Shown: piece after piece, positions 19,001-27,582 of the stretch
Layout: each line of letters starts with the position of its first letter
How positions within the stretch are numbered: the stretch's first letter is position 1
Assembly (NCBI RefSeq): GCF_000253055.1
Contig: NC_016070.1
Coordinates: forward strand, 1,620,001-1,652,000
Source: Thermoproteus tenax Kra 1
GTDB lineage: Archaea; Thermoproteota; Thermoprotei; Thermoproteales; Thermoproteaceae
DNA length: 32,000 bases
Reading direction: 5' to 3'
Notes under the pieces: generated by a model
Seen by the model: only the letters and a program-made list of their open reading frames with translations
Databases searched by the model: none
Told to the model about the DNA's origin: nothing
Program-made: the position numbers and the translations under genes

Positions 19001-22000
19001 TACCGTCATAGAACTCGTCGAGATTAGTGCTCGTCCATATCGGGACAGTGGGCTGGGTTGTTGCATTGGACACAGGCAGGTAGTTGACCACCAGATACTT
19101 GGAGCCGAAGAAGTCGTAGCCCACCACGTTGGCTCCCTTGGCGTCAGTCAACGGGCCGAGCACAGCAGGTCCAGTGGTGCACAGAGCCTCCTTAGAGCCG
19201 GCGGCGATTATCCACACTCTGGCGATGTAGGAGCCAGCGGCGGAGGAGCCGCTCGGGTAGGCGGGCAGGAACGCCAGAGAGCCGGAGGGCACTACATAGG
19301 TGATGGGGGCGCCGAAGCCGCCGTACTTGCTGTAGTTGCCGAAGTTAGTTATGTTCACGACGAAGTACTCGGTTGCACTAGCGCCGTTCGCAACGCCGAT
19401 AGTGACGTTCATGTATTTAGCGGTGAGCTGGACCTCAGTCGTTAGGTTCGCCCAAGGCGTGGAGTAGTACATGGCAGTGGGCCCGCTGGTGTAGGCCACA
19501 CTGACGGTAAACTCGATGAGGTCTCTGCTGTAGCCGGGCGCAACGTTCAGCGCTATATTGCGTATGTTGATCGGGTACTCCAACAAGTTCTGGCTCAAGT
19601 TGCTGTACTTCGACAAGTTGTAAGAGGCGGTGTAGCTGGCGCCAGTGGCTGTGTCCGTCGCAGTAACATTAACAATGGCGCTGGTGCCGCTGCCCCAAGG
19701 CAGATACAGAACTACAGTCCTGTAGTTCAAGAGGTTGGTCGCGTTGGTCGCCTTGTACATGTAGATATAGAATGTGGTCATATACGTCCCGCTCGGGGTC
19801 TGCTGGAACGGAGGCACCGCCGTAGTGTTGCCGTTAGACAACAGCCCTATGAAGGCGTTGCGCTCAAATACATTATAGGTGCGTACCAGCGCATAAGGAT
19901 AGAGTACCTCCACCCATCTGTCGAAGCTGGCCGCGTGCTCATAGCCGGTGCCGTTCACAGTGTAGAGGTAGAGCGTCGACGTCAAGTTTCTCGAGAGGAA
20001 TAAGTTGGGCAGATAGGCGAAGTCCATGCCGCTCTGCACAGGCTCGTAGAGGCCGTAGTAGGCATATCTAGACGTGCCGTTGTACTGCACCTTATCATCG
20101 TACATCGTCGAAGTGCCATAAGAGGTGGTACTTACTAAAGTATAGTTTAGCGGCAGATACTCGAAGCCATAGGGCGCAAGAAGGCTCTTGACTACGTCAA
20201 TGGCCTTGGTCTTACCATAGGTCGCGTTCAATATTGAGCCGTTGTAGCCGGGGGCTCCGGAGTAGTAGCCAAAGGTACTGTTGAACGCAACGCCGAAGTA
20301 TGCGTCGGCCAACGTGAAGCCCACGTAGGAGTTGACCGGCAGCCTCAAGTCCTTGGTGAAGGCCGTTACATTGACAGGTATCACATCAGCGTTGATATCC
20401 ACAGTGGGCTTATTGAGTGTGACGTATCCGTCATATACTAGATAGCCCATGTACCAGACGCGCACGTGTAGGCGCATCCCGGGCAGGAACAAGTGGGCTA
20501 TGTCGTATGTGCCGACGGTGGCCGGAGTCATGTTGCAGACGGAGATCGCATTGGTCTTAGGCTGAGCGGAATACAGCGTGAAGACGGCCGAGTACAGATC
20601 GGTGGAGGAGTTGGCGAGCCAGCTGGCCATTGCGGCGTAGGCCAGCGCATTGGCTACGTCTGATACATTCCCACTGACTGTAGACGGCACACAGTGGGCG
20701 TACTGTTGAGCCAAGGACAGGTATTGGGCCGCTACGTTCTTGAACAGCGACTGCATGCCCGTCATGCCAACGAGTCTGAAGTCTGTCAACACGTAGTAGT
20801 CGAACTGGGTGACGTTCTTCCAGTATGAGGCGTGGATATAGGGACCGTGTTCATCGGCTATTACCAACGTCACATTGGCCAATATCGGATGGGCGGCGCC
20901 GGGATATGGACCGGGGACGACGTACTGGCTGGTCAACAAGTGCTGGCCTGTCTTGTCGAACACTCTAATAACGGGGTTGTACACCTGCGCCTCAAACGTC
21001 TGCGGCCCGGCGCACCACTTAGTCAGCGTTATGACTGTATTGTTTACGACCAAGCCGGCGTCAATGGGCCCTCTGGTGCCCAACGTGTAGACGTAGGTGT
21101 TGGGGCTGAAGCCCAACCATGTGGCGTAGTCGGCGTATGAGTTGCCGTACATTGTCTGGGCGGCTGTGTAGGGCCAGACCATGTCAACGGAGGGTATAAT
21201 GGTGCGCACGACCATTCTGATAGGCACGCCGAGCGGTAGCTCGTCGAAGAAGGCGTAGCCAGAGGCGTTGCTTATGGACTCGCCCATCCTCCACCCAGTT
21301 ACGGTGCTGATCGGCACTACGGTGAAGCCGGCCAACGGGTACTGCGGGCCTAAATAGACCTCTTGTACTTGGCTCGGCGAATCGTTCTCGGTCCAGACGG
21401 CTGCCATCACTTGGAAGGTGGCTGGGGAGATCGGCAGATACACTATAGGCTTGAAGTACGGCGCATTGGATAGATAGATCTGGATGGGCTGCGGAGCAGT
21501 CGGTATCGCCGAGTTGCTAGTAGCGCCGTACAGCTTATAGCCGAAGTAGTTCAGCGTTACGTAGGCGGTTGCCGTCGTAGCTTGAGGAGCGCCCCATATG
21601 TCTACGGCCACCGGAAGGGTCACAGGCACCTCCGCCGATACAGGCAACGAGGGCAGTGTGACGTTCTGCCCGCCGTATATCACCGTCAGACTGATGGTGC
21701 CGTTGACCACGGATGGTACATTATTGCAGAAGTCGCGGAGCAATATATTGAGGGTCTTGAGGTTGATGGCTATGTTAATGGCGTGCTCCAAGTTGTAGAA
21801 GGCAAGCTTCTGAGCTTGGAGGCCGTAGACGCCAGCCGATGCGTTGTAGTATATGGCCTGGACCGTGTAGGCATCATCGTAGACCTCGGGCCCATACTGG
21901 GCCTGTAACGCGTTGGCGACGTTGCTCTGCGTCTCGACCATAGTGCCGTTGGCGTACACATCAGGATAATTGGCGATGACGTTCGCAGTTCCGACAAGTA

Positions 22001-24038
22001 TGTTGTTTGCGTAAATTCTGAACGCATAGCTATACTGGCTGGTTCCAACAGAGAGGCCGTATTGCTGGAACAAGCTGCTTAGGCCTACTGCTTGAGTTAG
22101 GGTGAGGTACTTGAAGCCAGAACCGGTGAATATCGCATTCAATGTCGGGAGAGGCAGATAACCGCTGGCATTAAAGACCGTTAATAAGTCAGCGTAGACT
22201 CCAGGAGTGATGGGGACATACTCATAGGGCGGGAGAGCCCATAGATACAAGGTGTTCAGCTGGTTGGTGCCGGTGGCGCCGCTGGCCCATATGTCGGCGA
22301 CTACGGCGTATTGGCCGGTCTCGCTCAATTGAGCCGTCGTGCCCTGCAACACGAAGGTAAGGCCTTGAGCTAGGGCCGGATTATTGAACGGCTGACCGTT
22401 GGGCAACGTTACGTTATTGCGGAACCACAACGGTATCTGGACCGGCAGCAACGATACCGTGATGTTGGCTCTGGCAGATACCGGAGATGTAGCATTGAGC
22501 GGCGCCTGCATTACAACCGCATCGATGTAGCCGCTGGTGGGCTGCGGCTGTTGCGTTGTCCATTGGACAGCTTGATATGAGTACTCCACCACAAGTCTCG
22601 GCGATAGGTTGACCGAGGAGATGGTCGCGCTGGTGCCAGTCAGCTGTAGAACTCCGCTTATCCATGCGAGCGTGACGGGCTTATATATGCTGAATACGGC
22701 ATTGACAAGCTTGGAGTGCGTCAGCGTATTGAAACAGTTGACCAGGTCGCTGAAACTGGAGATAGTGCCGCCGCACAGCGTGTGGAGGAAACCGAACCTC
22801 AGGTCAGTTATGTCCGTCTTCCAACCGCCTTGCTGCTGTGAGATGGTCAACGGATATCCTCCTATGTTCTCCTGGACTTTGAACGTGAGATACTCTGGGC
22901 TGAGCACAGGGTTGCCCTTTATATCGTAAACGCCTGTGATCGTCAGTGTGCTCAGAGGTAAAGGCCATATAACCAACTGTTGGCACGATGCGTTGACGGC
23001 CGGTGCTGTGGATGAGTAAATCCCAGTGGTGTAGTTTAACGTCTGTATGACGTAGTTGGCAGTTGCGTTTATACCGTTAGTGCTCTGTATCAAAGGCTGA
23101 GAGACATACCCTCCTGTCTGCGGGTTGTAGAGCCATAGAGTAACTGTGAAGCTGTATTGTACGCTTGACGGAGACAACATGCTTGAGACGGTCTGGCTGT
23201 ATGTTCCCAACGAGGGGACGTATGTGCCGAGGTAAGTTATAGGCCCGAACACCGTAATGCTTGAAGTAGACAGCGAGGACGACGGCTTGTAGAGCCATGT
23301 GTATACGGTCATGCCGTTTATCGTTAGAGTCTCCGTCAGCGTTAGGTTGTACGACTGGCCGGCGGTGCCCACGCCGAGGAAGAACTGGTGGAGCACTGAG
23401 CTTGTGAAGTTGGCGTAGTTCGCTGCGCCGTTCAGCTGTGTAATAGTGCCCCAAGTGCTGTTAACCACACTGGCCTGGACATTGCCTCTTGTTGGAAACG
23501 GCGTTCCGGACGCGTTGCCGTGGTAGAAGTAATAATAGTTGAGCACAGTCCCGTTGGGGAGTATTGTGTAGTAGTGGCCCGTCAGATTGCCTATTAGGTC
23601 CGCCAGAGTGCCCTTAAGGGACGCCTCATAGAGCAGGAAGTAGTTGTTGTGCCATACGACGAGGAGCGCGGCGTCCCACGTGGCGTTGGTATTGGCGGTC
23701 TGCGGAGAGGCTTGGATCTGGAACGAGACAAAGCCGGTGGCGTTGGCTGTGCTGTTGACCATGAATTGGTTCTGGCCGTAGGGCGATGTGCCGTTCAAGT
23801 TCCTGATCACCAGAGTGAACGTCCTACCGGCGGCCCACTGCCACGATGGCTGTGTTACAGCCCAGGGATGGGTACACTGGGGGCACTCGGTGTTTATCTG
23901 CCAGGTTATATTGTAAGTTATGGGGGCCGTGGGTATGGAGGCGGCGCCCCCCGCCTGGGACCCGGCGTGGGCCATTGTTGCTATTAGTATCAACCCTATC
24001 GCCATTAGTAGGAGTACTCTTGTCTTGGGGTTATGCAT
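16047..24038 (-). CDS. Giant (2663 aa) secreted, C-terminally membrane-anchored surface/S-layer-like protein
   Basis: N-terminal signal peptide (MHNPKTRVLLLMAIGLILIATMAHA), a Ser/Thr/Tyr/Asn-rich beta-type body with many NxS/T sequons, and a C-terminal TM helix VLWIVLIIVIVIIVAILL followed by SNWRRRRL. Confidence 0.92.
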   Translation of the reverse strand: MHNPKTRVLLLMAIGLILIATMAHAGSQAGGAASIPTAPITYNITWQINTECPQCTHPWAVTQPSWQWAAGRTFTLVIRNLNGTSPYGQNQFMVNSTANATGFVSFQIQASPQTANTNATWDAALLVVWHNNYFLLYEASLKGTLADLIGNLTGHYYTILPNGTVLNYYYFYHGNASGTPFPTRGNVQASVVNSTWGTITQLNGAANYANFTSSVLHQFFLGVGTAGQSYNLTLTETLTINGMTVYTWLYKPSSSLSTSSITVFGPITYLGTYVPSLGTYSQTVSSMLSPSSVQYSFTVTLWLYNPQTGGYVSQPLIQSTNGINATANYVIQTLNYTTGIYSSTAPAVNASCQQLVIWPLPLSTLTITGVYDIKGNPVLSPEYLTFKVQENIGGYPLTISQQQGGWKTDITDLRFGFLHTLCGGTISSFSDLVNCFNTLTHSKLVNAVFSIYKPVTLAWISGVLQLTGTSATISSVNLSPRLVVEYSYQAVQWTTQQPQPTSGYIDAVVMQAPLNATSPVSARANITVSLLPVQIPLWFRNNVTLPNGQPFNNPALAQGLTFVLQGTTAQLSETGQYAVVADIWASGATGTNQLNTLYLWALPPYEYVPITPGVYADLLTVFNASGYLPLPTLNAIFTGSGFKYLTLTQAVGLSSLFQQYGLSVGTSQYSYAFRIYANNILVGTANVIANYPDVYANGTMVETQSNVANALQAQYGPEVYDDAYTVQAIYYNASAGVYGLQAQKLAFYNLEHAINIAINLKTLNILLRDFCNNVPSVVNGTISLTVIYGGQNVTLPSLPVSAEVPVTLPVAVDIWGAPQATTATAYVTLNYFGYKLYGATSNSAIPTAPQPIQIYLSNAPYFKPIVYLPISPATFQVMAAVWTENDSPSQVQEVYLGPQYPLAGFTVVPISTVTGWRMGESISNASGYAFFDELPLGVPIRMVVRTIIPSVDMVWPYTAAQTMYGNSYADYATWLGFSPNTYVYTLGTRGPIDAGLVVNNTVITLTKWCAGPQTFEAQVYNPVIRVFDKTGQHLLTSQYVVPGPYPGAAHPILANVTLVIADEHGPYIHASYWKNVTQFDYYVLTDFRLVGMTGMQSLFKNVAAQYLSLAQQYAHCVPSTVSGNVSDVANALAYAAMASWLANSSTDLYSAVFTLYSAQPKTNAISVCNMTPATVGTYDIAHLFLPGMRLHVRVWYMGYLVYDGYVTLNKPTVDINADVIPVNVTAFTKDLRLPVNSYVGFTLADAYFGVAFNSTFGYYSGAPGYNGSILNATYGKTKAIDVVKSLLAPYGFEYLPLNYTLVSTTSYGTSTMYDDKVQYNGTSRYAYYGLYEPVQSGMDFAYLPNLFLSRNLTSTLYLYTVNGTGYEHAASFDRWVEVLYPYALVRTYNVFERNAFIGLLSNGNTTAVPPFQQTPSGTYMTTFYIYMYKATNATNLLNYRTVVLYLPWGSGTSAIVNVTATDTATGASYTASYNLSKYSNLSQNLLEYPINIRNIALNVAPGYSRDLIEFTVSVAYTSGPTAMYYSTPWANLTTEVQLTAKYMNVTIGVANGASATEYFVVNITNFGNYSKYGGFGAPITYVVPSGSLAFLPAYPSGSSAAGSYIARVWIIAAGSKEALCTTGPAVLGPLTDAKGANVVGYDFFGSKYLVVNYLPVSNATTQPTVPIWTSTNLDEFYDGSGQIAGLGFPIGATSSFAIAYSTGLPVWNVTALYALGQTSIKLPTTALDWLHIYNNASFPILVSSVTVSCLSGSYTIPLSGEGYVKTYTTQTQLVAATCGLQTITVSSATGQTITVPKSCYVYVPPYADAMVALADYGFGLSYAINASGIWALDVYRQPYNYSVTAYYGGVYNLTQHFLNDIPIQAARSLSSVTKQELGQAYQLAKNATQQLGLLIKIFNLQPLSSASYQENVLYASHGSENISGWWYIFNVTRYNGDKQLVNESTAMTWYSLVTNSSDYYFNYYFYYPELPLKFVLDWNARPLANQTVVLYDRRTHEVFAVIYTTNNGELAYDLPDISFNGYTPDVYVSWFDGYLLYKLTGNPAYVTWIYQQDVANDVYQLGNATTSAQIRTYVYPATITVNGPNGQPLANVYVRVYDDATKGAMFYFYGMTSSAGSATIYDALVSSYPAGFLSQLPSTNFDYDVLYPYSSSTAAAPASSQIWVPVATGTFSIQRGATVPSSGYSIVSQVTMATQIPLSQPIGVSGYFVMETPSGNVTIPFKTATISGTNYLVASQPIPTSVSYPLEMVITSVSINGVPITLAKPFTAMLTTTSLPSSLDLASLGLVAPVTVQAVDGFGKVRSDWPIAIAINGQTVATGSGTVTAYLPLSEYAGTYNVTVETTVKTPSGATVVNTTTLSVAGPTTYTVAVPSGAISASVVDAFGTALTSSPIQIANVAAGTGSVTAEVLAGTYTVSAQAYGYTWSKTVAVSRGQIASVQIVVPTAKISASVVDQAKGTTGAWPIEIVGPSGIVASGTGTVEATVLAQTPDGTPIQYNVVATTPFGAYSTGSFAPAAGQVTTKTITVPTAILQISAVDDNGYPINSLVSQVDIYYANGTLFKSFSTAPVEVEVLGGQQYTIKVTAQQGHVGTASITPAAGQTVALRVTVPGTAGIQIGGVRVPIPELVLWIVLIIVIVIIVAILLMEYSNWRRRRLMQILAPPK

Positions 24039-24042
24039 AACC
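24029..24042. promoter_or_regulatory. Perfect 14-bp palindrome spanning the giant gene's start codon
   Basis: GGTTATGCATAACC, with ATG on the minus strand at 24038-24036. Confidence 0.5.
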
Positions 24043-24056
24043 GTTAGACCATGGGG

Positions 24057-24066
24057 TTATTTAAAC
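24057..24066 (-). promoter_or_regulatory. TATA box for the giant surface-protein gene (probably leaderless)
   Basis: Reverse complement GTTTAAATAA centred about 23 nt upstream of the ATG. Confidence 0.6.
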
Positions 24067-24385
24067 TTTTCTCAAACTAAATTATGATACCTCCGTATAG
24101 CCCTCGCCCGCGCTGGCGTCTGCCCCCGCCGTGGTCCCCCGGCTAGGCGGTGGAGCGCTTGGGCCGCGCCGTTGTCTCAAGACCTGGCGCCCGAGGTGCC
24201 ATGGCAGCCCATAGCTACGCGAGGACCTCTGGCGCAACGGCCCAGGGGCGGCTGACGGCGGATATATTTCTACTGATCTCCAGCTATCGTGGAGAGGAGG
24301 CCCAAACTGGGTGCGATAACTAGGAGGGCGGCGGCCCGCCGGGCGGGCCAAAGTGGGGAACTTCGCTTCAGCTATAACCCGATCG

Positions 24386-26341
24386 TCACGTCTGCGTTAT
24401 GCTGCCGTATATAGTGATCGACAACGGCCCGCTCATACTAGTTCCCGCGTAAATCATCTGGTGCCCCGCCGCATCTTGTAGAACCACATATTGTCCGTTG
24501 TAGTAGGCTTCCACGATATTATCACCGGGATCCTTGTAGAACAGGCCAGCCAGTTGAGATGCAAAGCTGACGGCATTGATATACCCCCTCGGCGGCTCTT
24601 CGTACATAAACGGCGGTATCGGTATTAGGGAATAGGCGCACTGGTTTGATGTAGGATAGCCGTTGACTAGGACTTGGGTCACTGTGCCTCCCGAGAACGC
24701 CACAGTGATGGTTTTGATGTTGTAGCCGTACACGTTGAGGTTTGTTTGCACTGTAACCTCGCCTACGCCGTTGGTGGAGCTACCGCTGTAGGCCATGGTC
24801 ACAGTCCCCGTGAATGAGCTAGATATAGTGAGAGTGCCGGAGAACGTTATGGTGTTTCCCGAGTATGTCACTGTGCCGCTCATCCCCTCGAAGGTCACGT
24901 GAGTCGACACAGTCCCTATCGGCGTACCGCTACACGACACGTAATAAGTATAGGCGCGGTTGTCCGTGAAGCTCAGCCCGTTTATAGACTGCACGTCGAG
25001 AGTCGGCGGTGTGAGCTGCACGTATATCTGCGCAGAGAATGTAGTGCCGTTGACCGTCAGCGCCACGGTGTTCCAGGCGTTGAAGGCAGCTTGAAGCGTG
25101 CCGTTTATCAAGAGCCTCTGCCCGGGCGCCAGAAGGTATATAGCTCCGTTTATCTCTAGCGCCACAGTCCTCCTAGTGGCGTTTGTCCAGACCACCCAGG
25201 TGTAGGGTATTGTGGAGTTAGAGGACTGGACTACTTGCTGCGGATTGGTAGAGGGGTTTACATACAGCCCTGCTATTTTCAATATCGCGTTTACCGAAAT
25301 CATGCTCACGTTCAACGTCCATACCCACTCAGTGCCGTTTATCTCGAGGCTGACCTGCCTCTTGCTGTAGGCGGCCACTGTGTAGTTTGCCCAAGCCCTC
25401 CAGCCTGGGGGCAACACTATACTTGTGCCATTGACGATGAGCGTCTCGGTGGCGTTGCCGCTGTTCTCCAACAAGAAGCCGACAGGTATCCGCTCGCCGG
25501 GAACAGCCTCCTCTACGGACGCGACCTCAACCACTGAGTAGCCCGTCTTAAGGTAGACTACATCGACCTCGACGCTCACTCCGCCTATTTTAAGGCTGTA
25601 GCGCCCCGCCGCAGTTATGTTCATTTCGGCTTGCACCACTGCTCTACCGCCTGGGGGTATCGTAATATTCCCTATCCTCCCCGTGTAGTTGCCTAGGTTG
25701 ACTACAGTGATGTTCACAACCGTTAAGCTGGGCACCCGTGTGACGTTGATCTTCACAGGCTCGGCCATTAACACCGGTGTGTAATAGTATACTGTGTAGT
25801 TGAGCACTAGGGGGGTGCCGTTGATGACGGCCACTGCGTATCCTTTGCCGGCCGATGTCGCAGTGACGGTCAGGTTTACCTCGATACTCCCGCCAGGGGG
25901 TACCTCCACCTCGGTCCCGTTTACGTCTACAAGGCCGGTAGCTGTGCCGTTATTGGTTAGGATTAGACGGAGCTGCACCTTGGCGGGCAACGACGTCGTG
26001 TTAAAGACCGCGGGCAACATCTTCACAGCTATCTGCGGCCTAGGCGTAGTGGGAGTCGTTTGAGTGAAACCTGTTGAGCCGTTGCTAGAGGTCTGTCCTG
26101 TCGAGGTGAAGGGGGTCGTCGTAGCGCTTGTGGACTCGGCGCCTCCGACTGGGCCGGCCGTGTTAGTGGACGATGTAGTCGGACCCGCCGTAGTAACGAT
26201 GCCCGTCCCTCCCGCGGTAATAGCGGTCGTCCCTCCCTTAGACGTCCCTCCAGCTAAGTTGGTCACTACTGCCGGCGCTATTGCGTAGAGGGCTAGTGCG
26301 ATTACTCCCACGCTGACGAGCAACGCAAAATATCTGTTCAT
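24386..26341 (-). CDS. Secreted surface protein with CARDB/Ig-like repeats (likely start MNRYFALLV at 26341)
   Basis: Signal-anchor NRYFALLVSVGVIALALYAIAPAVV, Thr/Ser/Gly-rich linker, and repeated NxTxxVxLxNxGNxTGxxxxxGxxxxxPPGG modules. The longer track start (26362) runs into enolase. Confidence 0.88.
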   Translation of the reverse strand: MNRYFALLVSVGVIALALYAIAPAVVTNLAGGTSKGGTTAITAGGTGIVTTAGPTTSSTNTAGPVGGAESTSATTTPFTSTGQTSSNGSTGFTQTTPTTPRPQIAVKMLPAVFNTTSLPAKVQLRLILTNNGTATGLVDVNGTEVEVPPGGSIEVNLTVTATSAGKGYAVAVINGTPLVLNYTVYYYTPVLMAEPVKINVTRVPSLTVVNITVVNLGNYTGRIGNITIPPGGRAVVQAEMNITAAGRYSLKIGGVSVEVDVVYLKTGYSVVEVASVEEAVPGERIPVGFLLENSGNATETLIVNGTSIVLPPGWRAWANYTVAAYSKRQVSLEINGTEWVWTLNVSMISVNAILKIAGLYVNPSTNPQQVVQSSNSTIPYTWVVWTNATRRTVALEINGAIYLLAPGQRLLINGTLQAAFNAWNTVALTVNGTTFSAQIYVQLTPPTLDVQSINGLSFTDNRAYTYYVSCSGTPIGTVSTHVTFEGMSGTVTYSGNTITFSGTLTISSSFTGTVTMAYSGSSTNGVGEVTVQTNLNVYGYNIKTITVAFSGGTVTQVLVNGYPTSNQCAYSLIPIPPFMYEEPPRGYINAVSFASQLAGLFYKDPGDNIVEAYYNGQYVVLQDAAGHQMIYAGTSMSGPLSITIYGSITQT

Positions 26342-27576
26342 AGAGATGAAATTCTGCCCCACTTGCCCAGATAATCGCCTATGCGTATTAGCTCGTTCAG
26401 CTTGGCCGTCCTCTCGCCTCCCACTATGCCGGTCTTTATGACCTCGGCCCCGAAGGCTACAGCTATGTGCGCCAGAGTGTCGTATTCAGTATCGCCGGAG
26501 CGGTGCGACACCACGATCCTCATTCCGTACCTCCTAGCAGTCTTGACCGCCTCGTGGGCCCTCGTGAGCGTCCCCGTCTGGTCCGGCTTTATCAGGGCTG
26601 CTGTAGTCGCCCCCTCTCTGCCTCCACGCTCTATTCTGGCCGCGTTCGTCACATAGAGGTCGTCTCCCACTATGAGTCTGTCCTTGAAGCGTGACGTCAG
26701 CTCGGCGAAAGATTGAAAGTCATCCTCATGGAAGGGGTCCTCCAGATAGACAAGCCCGAACTCGTCCAAAAGCCTAGCCATATACTCCAGCTGCTCTCTT
26801 GGGCCTCTCTCCTTCCCTTCGTTCTGATATACATATTTGGAGCCGTTCCAGAGGCTGGACGCCGCTGCGTCCACGCCCAAGCCTATCTCGACGCCTATCT
26901 CCTTGGAGACCTCAGCCGCCGACTCCTTCAGAATCTTCAGAGCCGTCTCAGCCGATATCCTCGGCGTCCAGGCGCCTTCGTCGTTCTTCCCTCCAGTGAA
27001 GTGGGGATCCGCCTTGACTATGTACTTAAGGGCCCTCTTGTGGACCTCTAAGTTTGCCAGAACCGCTGTCGCTATATCGGGCGGGTTCAACGGTATCACT
27101 AGGAACTCTTGTAGGTCGGGGCCCAGGCCTCTGCTGTGCTTGCCGCCGCCTATGGCGTTGCCGAGAGGTAGGGGCAACGTTCTGGCCGGCGCTCCGCCCA
27201 GATGTCTGAAGAGGGGTATCCCAAGCGTGTTGGCCGCTGCTCTAGCGGCGGCCATGGAGACGGCTATGGCCACGGCCCCGCCTATCCTCTCGAAACGCCC
27301 AGTGCCGTCCACCTCCTCAAGTTTTCCGTCCACTGCATACTGTTCTGCTGCGTCGACGCCCGCGAGCTCGGGCGACACCAGTCTCTCGAAGGCCGAGAGG
27401 GCCGCGTCTATGCCGCCCTCCGGCAGAAAGGCCACCTCATGTTTTCCCTTAGAGGCGCCCGCGGGAGCGGCCGCCTTGCCGAAGCCGTCGGCGGTGTAGA
27501 CCTCGACCTCTATTGTCTGATCCCCCCTGCCCGTTAGAATCCTCCGGGCCAGGAGCTCCTCGATAGTTGTGTCCAT
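26338..27576 (-). CDS. eno: Enolase
   Basis: GASKGKHEV, PLFRHLGG, LPLPLGNAIGGGKHS, YLEDPFHEDDF, VGDDLYVTN, VVSHRSGDTEYDTLAHIAVAFGAEVIKTG. Confidence 0.97.
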   Translation of the reverse strand: MDTTIEELLARRILTGRGDQTIEVEVYTADGFGKAAAPAGASKGKHEVAFLPEGGIDAALSAFERLVSPELAGVDAAEQYAVDGKLEEVDGTGRFERIGGAVAIAVSMAAARAAANTLGIPLFRHLGGAPARTLPLPLGNAIGGGKHSRGLGPDLQEFLVIPLNPPDIATAVLANLEVHKRALKYIVKADPHFTGGKNDEGAWTPRISAETALKILKESAAEVSKEIGVEIGLGVDAAASSLWNGSKYVYQNEGKERGPREQLEYMARLLDEFGLVYLEDPFHEDDFQSFAELTSRFKDRLIVGDDLYVTNAARIERGGREGATTAALIKPDQTGTLTRAHEAVKTARRYGMRIVVSHRSGDTEYDTLAHIAVAFGAEVIKTGIVGGERTAKLNELIRIGDYLGKWGRISSL

Positions 27577-27582
27577 AGTCCG

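Noticed and set aside
24082-24351. 89-aa minus-strand ORF between surface-protein genes.
   Set aside because: Pro/Arg/Gly-rich, no signal or domain, no matching promoter or ribosome-binding context; it reads better as noncoding structured sequence.
24080-24385. SRP RNA or RNase P RNA identity for the structured block.
   Set aside because: I could not find the conserved SRP (helix 8 GNAR/AGCAGC, UGUAAC) or RNase P (GAGGAAAGUCC, ACAGAAAC) motifs by eye, so I left it unassigned.
26837-27499. 220-aa plus-strand ORF.
   Set aside because: It is the antisense reading of enolase codons, with low-complexity Pro/Ser/Ala-rich sequence and no start context.
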